From NCBI RefSeq assembly GCF_030028105.1, contig NW_027274036.1, forward strand, positions 496,001 to 560,000: 64,000 nt of DNA, in the 5' to 3' direction. This DNA comes from Mobula birostris. Its lineage: Eukaryota. Of the stretch, positions 60,001 through 64,000 are shown one piece after another; within the stretch, counting starts at the first letter, position 1; each line of letters starts with the position of its first letter. The translations under genes and the position numbers were made by a program. Below the pieces are notes generated by a model. It did not search any database and was not told the DNA's origin. It worked only from the letters and a program-made list of their open reading frames with translations.

Positions 60001-61094
60001 TGTCGTGTTAACGATGAGTCCCGGCTTTTCGAAGGACATGTCCCGGCTCTTCGAAGGACATGTCCCGGCTCTATGTTGGTGTTCAGTTTCTCAGCTCCAG
60101 CCTCCGAGTTATCAGCCTCCGCATTTCAAGACAAAGATCCCACAGCCAAGCTCCAAGAACCCAAGCCTCGAAGATCCCGCAGCCACGCTCCAAGAACCCA
60201 AGCCTCAAAGATCCTGCAGCCAAGCCTCAAGAACCCAAGCCTCAAAGATCCCGCAGCCAAGCTCCAAGAAACCAAGCCTCGAAGATCCTGCTGCCAAGCT
60301 CCAAGAACCCAAGCCTGGCGGATCCCACAGCCAAGCTCCAAGAACCCAAGCCTCGAGGATCCCAAGCCAAGCTCCAAGATCACTAGCCTTGAGGGTCCCA
60401 AGCCAAGCTCCAAGAACACTAGCCTCGAAGATTCCAAGCCAAGCTCCAAAAGCACAAGCCTCGAAGATCCCAAGCTCCAAGAACACAAGCCTGAAGTCCC
60501 CAGCCTCCAAGCTCATGACCTAAGGCCCCAGCCTGCAGCCAAGCTCAAGACCCAAGACCCCAGCCTGCAGCCAAGCTCAAGACCCAAGACCCCAGCCTCA
60601 AGCTTCAAGAGCAAAGACCCCAGTCTGTCTCCAAGCTCAGGCCTCTAAACCCAAGCCACGTCCTGTCCTGAAGCCATGTCATGTCAAGGCCTGGTTCTGG
60701 GGTCCGAGCCCAAGGCAAGACCCAGGTTCTGGGTCCTTGTAAGTCTCGGGCTTGGAGTCGAAGCCTTGTCTCCTTGTCTATTGTTTCTAGTCCAAGTCCT
60801 GCTTTCCCTAGCTGAAGTCTGCATTCTTGTCCCTGCTCCTGGTCTGAATCCTGTCCCGCCCCTACTCTAGTCAAGTCCTGTTCCTTGTACTTCAGTGTCT
60901 GTGTCTTGCATTTGGGTCTGTTCCCAATGCCCCATTGTGACATAGTCATGCTAATTGTACCCAACTCCTCTCTTTTGTTGCAGGAGAAGGCAAAGAAAGA
61001 TCCAGAATACAAACTGAACTGGAATGAGAATGAAGATCACAATGTGTATGAAAACTTCCACTTTGATGAGGATTCGATATATGTGAACATGTAA
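5993..61094 (+). CDS. Siglec/CD33-like type I receptor, 9 coding exons: leader-V-V-V-V-C2-TM-cytoplasmic tail, predicted 703 aa
   Basis: Exons 5993-6032, 6853-7221, 19794-20138, 20783-21142, 34310-34666, 35041-35334, 37430-37550, 47540-47654, 60984-61094. All junctions are GT-AG with phases 1,1,1,1,1,1,2,0. Total 2112 nt, open to TAA at 61092-61094. Domain motifs are Siglec-type. Manual model with no transcript support. Confidence 0.75.
6105..6392. repeat. Intronic minisatellite, alternating ~40/51-bp units (~91-bp dimer)
   Basis: Repeated CACATTG(C/T)(A/T)GCCATTCTGATTAGTGCT(C/T)CTT. Confidence 0.85.
6465..6635 (-). mobile_element. tRNA-derived V-SINE/HE1-like SINE fragment
   Basis: B-box-like GGTTCAATTC on the - strand and a core resembling cartilaginous-fish SINEs; a related copy lies at about 51565-51810. 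Confidence 0.55.
6853..7221 (+). CDS. Siglec-type V-set exon V1 (essential Arg present)
   Basis: ORF 6822..7238: GLCAHIRC...W...RTWLSGN...[20 protein letters not shown]...RYSY. The B and E strand cysteines and the lack of an F-strand Cys are Siglec hallmarks. Acceptor ctcctcag|CT (alternative ctgtag|TG at 6859), donor G|gtaagt. Confidence 0.9.
7490..7636. repeat. 3 x 48-bp minisatellite
   Basis: AGCCTGCTTCCCAGTGTGG... starts at 7490, 7538 and 7586. Confidence 0.9.
8660..9585 (+). mobile_element. Degenerate Rex1/Babar-like LINE 3' portion, with an (AT)n microsatellite at about 9453-9477
   Basis: KFADD...YR...WC..NNL..NVSK.KELIV pattern; tail ends AATAAACCTGATTCT. Confidence 0.6.
10812..11120 (-). 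mobile_element. CR1 3' end fragment
   Basis: Reverse-complement CR1 3' UTR and terminal ORF2 sequence. Confidence 0.6.
11125..11380 (-). mobile_element. tRNA-headed SINE
   Basis: Minus strand TGGCATAGTGG (A box) and GTTCGAATCC (B box), followed by a body containing GACAAACCACTGCTGTAAC. Confidence 0.65.
11385..15000 (-). mobile_element. Stack of antisense CR1 ORF2 fragments (at least 2 elements; tail at about 12495), split by a solo LTR
   Basis: ORFs with [27 protein letters not shown] and [13 protein letters not shown] motifs. Confidence 0.85.
13358..13975. mobile_element. Solo LTR (618 bp) inserted in CR1 RT
   Basis: TGTAAC...GTTACA termini, 4-bp TSD CACA/TACA (one mismatch). CR1 sequence resumes in register on both sides. 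Short internal tandem repeat at about 13865-13970. Confidence 0.7.
15000..18100 (-). mobile_element. CR1 element with 5' UTR, ORF1 (Cys-rich zinc-finger region plus esterase start) and deleted ORF2
   Basis: 17446..17910 [11 protein letters not shown]...HICSKC; 16253..16576 endonuclease GDFNLHIDW; 15145..15820 RT N-terminus. Homologous inverted copy at about 52250-53800. Confidence 0.8.
18420..19480 (-). mobile_element. Degenerate CR1 RT fragment
   Basis: ORFs 18581..18802 and 19200..19406 ([10 protein letters not shown]). Confidence 0.7.
19794..20138 (+). CDS. Siglec-type V-set exon V2 (Arg replaced by Lys)
   Basis: ORF 19793..20155: GLCAFIPC...GIWLKDEC...[27 protein letters not shown]. Acceptor ctgtag|, donor G|gtgagt, 345 nt, phase 1-1. 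Confidence 0.88.
20783..21142 (+). CDS. Siglec-type V-set exon V3 (essential Arg present)
   Basis: ORF 20758..21222: GMCAWIPC...[27 protein letters not shown]...QYSY. Acceptor tttttcatctgtag|, donor G|gtaagt, 360 nt, phase 1-1. Confidence 0.9.
21380..21570. mobile_element. Penelope-type inverted fragment with decayed hammerhead motif
   Basis: Minus strand 21435-21472 reads cagtgCTGATGAAGGCTCTCAGGCCAAAACGCCgactg; a partial opposite-strand copy follows. Confidence 0.5.
21895..34007. repeat. Intronic 32-bp satellite (consensus ~GAGGGGAGATACTGAGGGACACCACACTGTCA), about 7.3 kb excluding the Tx1 insert, with higher-order repeats
   Basis: 32-bp periodicity (e.g. 30141 and 30173). Near-exact 260-bp duplication at 30301 and 30561. 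The variant ACATACTGAGCTAACATCA recurs along the array. Confidence 0.95.
22773..27570 (+). mobile_element. 5'-truncated Tx1-clade (L1 group) non-LTR retrotransposon with ORF1 remnant and nearly complete ORF2
   Basis: ORF1 remnant ends TAG at 23802. ORF2 from 23815: APE domain (SLNVNG, FLQETH, GGDFN), RT ([18 protein letters not shown]) and C-terminal CHFC...H...C. Two frameshifts (about 24290 and 26280) and a TGA at 25737. AATAAA plus poly(A) at 27545-27570. TSD AGAGGGGAG at 22764-22772 and 27570-27578. Confidence 0.9.
34310..34666 (+). CDS. Siglec-type V-set exon V4 (Arg replaced by Lys)
   Basis: ORF 34309..34683: GLCARIPC...WMKDEC...[27 protein letters not shown]...RHSY. Acceptor ctcctctgtgcag|, donor G|gtgagt, 357 nt, phase 1-1. 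Confidence 0.9.
35041..35334 (+). CDS. Siglec-type C2-set Ig exon
   Basis: (D)FTDKPSIFP...[18 protein letters not shown]...GQNLTCRV...TVTLTVR. It carries the extra Cys that pairs with the V-domain GLC cysteine in Siglecs. Acceptor tctgtgttag|, donor T|gtaagt. Confidence 0.9.
35470..37330. repeat. ~57-bp minisatellite interrupted by a hAT element
   Basis: Units CAGTGCTACAGTG(C/T)TGTACTCTATTGGTACTGCCACTCCCACTGTGCAGCACTCCCT start at 37031, 37088, 37144 and 37201. Confidence 0.9.
35707..36939 (-). mobile_element. Non-autonomous Charlie/Buster-type hAT DNA transposon
   Basis: TIRs CAGGGGTCTCCAACC and GGTTGGGGACCGCTG; 8-bp TSD CTCTATGG/CTCTCTGG. The minus strand at about 36430-36700 carries a transposase C-terminal remnant ([11 protein letters not shown]...[12 protein letters not shown]...GKQAQGSH). 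A CR1 3' end is embedded at about 36090-36330. Confidence 0.85.
37430..37550 (+). CDS. Transmembrane exon (L)[39 protein letters not shown](R)
   Basis: Not in the ORF track; translated by hand. Polypyrimidine tract then ccaacag| in phase 1, about 24 uncharged hydrophobic residues followed by a basic stop-transfer RCR, donor AG|gtgagt in phase 2. Confidence 0.82.
38892..39687 (-). mobile_element. Solo LTR of the same Gmr1-type family as 3299-4146
   Basis: High identity along its length by eye; 4-bp TSD TCTG (38888-38891, 39688-39691) within a satellite unit. Confidence 0.92.
39738..40071 (+). mobile_element. Severely 5'-truncated L1-type 3' end
   Basis: 12-bp TSD AACACACAGGGG (39726-39737, 40072-40083). 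Short terminal reading frame [10 protein letters not shown]-rich 3' UTR and A-rich end. Confidence 0.6.
44310..47380 (+). mobile_element. Mosaic of degenerate CR1 fragments and a Rex1/Babar-like RT fragment (about 45040-45680)
   Basis: 45347..45556 [22 protein letters not shown]; 45854..46255 [16 protein letters not shown]. Confidence 0.7.
47540..47654 (+). CDS. Cytoplasmic exon 1 (R)[38 protein letters not shown]
   Basis: Unique sequence among repeats. Acceptor tcttttcag| in phase 2 matches the TM exon; donor CAG|gtgaca in phase 0 matches the last exon. Overlaps ORF 47583..47822. Confidence 0.68.
48217..49520 (-). mobile_element. CR1 3' portion with (ATAGAAAC) tail
   Basis: ORFs 48308..48754, 48852..49088 and 49030..49221. 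Confidence 0.85.
49540..51350 (+). mobile_element. 5'-truncated CR1 (RT and C-terminus)
   Basis: 49774..50520 RT ending LADDTK; 50655..51188 C-terminal domain; TTCTATG tail. Confidence 0.88.
51565..51810 (-). mobile_element. SINE fragment (V-SINE/HE1-related)
   Basis: Shares the GTCTTTGG...ATGTACAAACT segment with 6465-6635. Confidence 0.5.
52250..53820 (+). mobile_element. CR1 5' portion: ORF1 with SGNH esterase domain and start of the ORF2 endonuclease
   Basis: 52812..53297 (SIVRG...CLPGA...VVHVGTNN); LYLNA...GITE.WL in 53333..53599. Confidence 0.82.
53820..55032 (+). mobile_element. Young CR1 3' portion
   Basis: 53934..54161 and 54199..54933; (CTATGTTT)n tail. Nearly identical to the inverted copy at 61332-62540. 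Confidence 0.9.
55033..55900 (-). pseudogene. L1 ORF1 (coiled coil plus RRM/CTD) remnant with 5' UTR
   Basis: [30 protein letters not shown] and YPARL motifs. An N-terminal segment from about 55806 is separated by a stop. Confidence 0.85.
55900..59235 (+). mobile_element. Tandem sense CR1 fragments, with an antisense Rex1-like 3' end inserted at about 57177-57547
   Basis: ORFs 56404..56640, 56707..56940, 57576..57764, 57983..58351 and 58842..59135; tails at about 58510 and 59225. Confidence 0.8.
59263..60942. mobile_element. 1680-bp LTR-like element with internal ~37-bp tandem repeat
   Basis: TGTCA...TGACA termini; 5-bp TSD TAGTC (59258-59262, 60943-60947). CCAAGCTCCAAGAACCCAAGCCTCGAAGATCC repeats at about 60135-60650. 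Confidence 0.75.
60984..61094 (+). CDS. Terminal coding exon [36 protein letters not shown]
   Basis: Branch-point-like gctaat at about 60949, pyrimidine tract, ttgcag| in phase 0. Acidic tyrosine motifs typical of immune receptor tails. Ends ORF 60885..61094. Confidence 0.8.
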   Translation, partial: EKAKKDPEYKLNWNENEDHNVYENFHFDEDSIYVNM

Positions 61095-61281
61095 TTGTAT
61101 CAAGATCAGGAAATGCGCTGGAGAGGAACAATTGAAATCCCACCTCTCCTTCTAAGAATCCACAAGAATTCATTTTCAAAAAATACTTCCAATCACACTG
61201 GAAAAGATGCTTTGAAAGATGTTTTGGAGCGATGAAATAATGAACATCATTCTTACTGCTTTTAATTCTTTCCTTCCTTTG

Positions 61282-61319
61282 CAGTCCTGGTGAAGGGTCC
61301 CAGCCCAAAACATCAACTG
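61282..61319 (+). other. Decayed Penelope-type hammerhead motif downstream of the stop codon
   Basis: cagtcCTGGTGAAGGGTCCCAGCCCAAAACATCaactg; catalytic core positions are mutated. Confidence 0.45.
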
Positions 61320-61331
61320 TTAATTTCTTTC

Positions 61332-64000
61332 CATAGATAGAAACATAGAAACATAGAAAATAGGTGCAGGAGTAGGCTATTCGGTCCTTCGAGCCTGCAC
61401 CACCATTTATTATGATCATGGCTGATCATCCAACTCAGAACCCTGCACCAGCCTTCCCTCCATACCCTCTGATTCCCCTAGCCACAAGGGCCTTATCTAA
61501 CTCCCTCTTAAATATAGCCAATGAACTGGCCTCAACTGTTTCCTGTGGCAGAGAATTCCACAGATTCACCACTCTCTGTGTGAAGAAGTTTTTCCTAATC
61601 TCCGTCCTAAAAGGCTTCCCCTTTATCCTCAAACTGTGATCCCTCGTTCTGGACTTCCCCAACATCGGGAACAATCTTCTTGCATCTAGCCTGTCCAATC
61701 CCTTTAGGATTTTATACGTTTCAATCAGATCCGCCCTCAATCTTCTAAATTCCAACGAGTACAAGCCCAGTTCATCCAGTCTTTCTTCATATGAAAGTCC
61801 TGCCATCCCAGGAATCAATCTGGTGAACCTTCTTTGTACTCCCTCTATGGCAAGGATGTCTTTCCTCAGATTAGGGGACCAAAACTGCACACAATACTCC
61901 AGGTGTGGTCTCACCAAGGCCTTGTACAGCTGCAGTAGTACCTCCCTGCCCCGTACTCGAATCCTCTCGCTATAAATGCCAGCATACTATTCGCCTTTTT
62001 CACCGCCTGCTGTACCTGCAAGCCCACTTTCAATGACTGGTGTATAATGACACCCAGGTCTTGTTGCACCTCCCCTTTTCCTAATCGGCCACCATTCAGA
62101 TAATAATCTGTTTTCCTATTTTTGCCACCAAAGTGGATAACTTCACATTTATCCACATTAAATTGCATCTGCCATGAATTTGCCCACTCACCCAACCTAT
62201 CCAAGTCACCCTGCATCCTCTTAGCATCCTCCTCACAGCTAACACTGCCGCCCAGCTTCGTGTCATCCGCAAACTTGGAGATGCTGCATTTAATTCCCTC
62301 ATCCAAGTCATTAATATATATTGTAAACAACTGGGGTCCCAGCACTGAGCCTTGTGGTACCCCACTAGTCACTGCCTGTCACTCTGAAAAGGTCCCGTTT
62401 ATTCCCACTCTTTGCTTCCTGTCTGCTAATCAATTCTCTATCCACATCAATACCTTACCCCCAATACCGTGTGCTTTAAGTTTGCACACTAATCTCCTGT
62501 GTGGGACCTTGTCAAAAGCCTTTTGAAAATCCAAATATACCACATCCACTGGTTCTCCCCTATCCACTCTACTAGTTACATCTTCAAAAAATTCTATGAG
62601 ATTCGTCAGACATGATTTTCCTTTCACAAATCCATGTTGACTTTGTCCGATGATTTCACCGCTTTCCAAATATGCTGTTATCACATCTTTGATAACTGAC
62701 TCCAGCAGTTTCCCCACCACTGACGTTAGGATAACTGGCCTATAATTCCCCGGTTTCTCTCTCCCTCCTTTTTTAAAAAGTGGGGTTACATTAGCCACCC
62801 TCCAATCCTCAGGAACTAGTCCAGAATCTAACGAGTTTTGAAAAATTATCACTAATGCATCCACTATTTCTTGGGCTACTTCCTTAAGCACTCTCGGATG
62901 CAGACCATCTGGCCCTGGGGATTTATCTGCCTTTAATCCCTTCAATTTACCCAACACCACTTCCCTACTAACATGTATTTCGCTCAGTTCCTCCATCTCA
63001 CTGGACCCTCTGTCCCCTACTATTTCTGGAAGATTATTTATGTCCTCCTTGGTGAAGACAGAACCAAAGTAATTATTCAGTTGGTCTGCCATGTCCTTGC
63101 TCCCCATAATCAATTCACCTGTTTCTGTCTGTAGGGGACCTACATTTGTCTTTACCAGTCTTTTCCTTTTTACATATCTATAAAAGCTTTTACAGTCAGT
63201 TTTTATGTTCCCTGCCAGTTTTCTCTCATAATCTTTTTTCTCCTTCCTAATTAAGCCCTTTGCCCTCCTCTGCTGAACTCTGAATTTCTCCCAGTCCTCA
63301 GGTGAGCCACTTTTTCTGGTTAATTTGTATGCTTCTTCTTTGGAATTGATGCTATCCCTAATTTCTCTTGTCAGCCACGGGTGCACTACCTTCCTTGATT
63401 TATTCTTTTGCCAAACTGGGATGAACAATTGTTGTAGTTCATCCATGCAATCCTTAAATGCTTGCCATTGCATATCCACCGTCAATCCTTTAAGTGTCAT
63501 TTGCCAGTCTATCTTAGCTAATTCACGTCTCATACCTTCAAAGTTACCCCTCTTTAAGTTCAGAACCTTTGTTTCTGAATTAACTATGTCACTCTCCATC
63601 TTAATGAAGAATTCCACCATATTATGGTCACTCTCACCCAAGGGGCCTTTCACGACAAGATTGCTAATTAACCCTTCCTCATTGCTCAAAACCCAGTCTA
63701 GAATAGCCTGCTCGCTAGTTGGTTCCTCGACATGTTGGTTCAAAAAACCATCCCGCATACATTCCAAGAAATCCTCTTCTTCAGCACCTTTACCAATTTG
63801 GTTCACCCAATCTACATGTAGATTGAAGTCACCCATTATAACTGCTGTTCCTTTATTGCACACATTTCTAATTTCCTGTTTAATACCATCTCCGACCTCA
63901 CTACTACTGTTAGGTGGCCTGTACACAACTCCCACCAGCGTTTTCTGCCCCTTAGTGTTACGCAGCTCTACCGATATCGATTCCACATCTTCCCGGCTTA
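61332..64000 (-). mobile_element. Young CR1 LINE, ORF2 (endonuclease + RT) with frameshifts, continues past the window end
   Basis: 62430..63986 (518 aa), 61911..62372 (FADDTK) and 61435..61917; (ATAGAAAC)n tail. Confidence 0.92.

Noticed and set aside
59971-60648. 225-aa Ser/Pro/Lys-rich ORF as a host gene
   Set aside because: It lies wholly within an LTR-like element's tandem repeat, and overlapping frames are also open.

Overview
Repeat-dense vertebrate genomic DNA. The repeat landscape (CR1 LINEs with (ATAGAAAC)n-type tails, tRNA-derived V-SINE-like elements, Penelope-type fragments) suggests a cartilaginous fish, probably a ray; this is an inference. One host gene can be rebuilt by hand on the + strand from nine exons with GT-AG sites and matching phases: join(5993..6032,6853..7221,19794..20138,20783..21142,34310..34666,35041..35334,37430..37550,47540..47654,60984..61094). 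That is 2112 nt, 703 aa, with no internal stop. It encodes a Siglec/CD33-like type I receptor with an unusual layout: leader, FOUR tandem Siglec-type V-set domains, one C2-set domain, an uncharged TM segment and a tail with three YxN motifs ending in YVNM. The sialic-acid-binding arginine alternates R-K-R-K across the four V domains. The introns hold two multi-kb 32-33 bp satellites, a 57-bp minisatellite, a near-complete Tx1-clade LINE inserted in one satellite, a Charlie-type hAT derivative, several solo LTRs with target-site duplications (TSDs), L1 and Rex1-like fragments and many CR1 pieces. Upstream lies an internally deleted Gmr1-type (integrase-before-RT) Gypsy element. Transposon boundaries without a stated TSD are approximate. 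No alignments or database searches were run.
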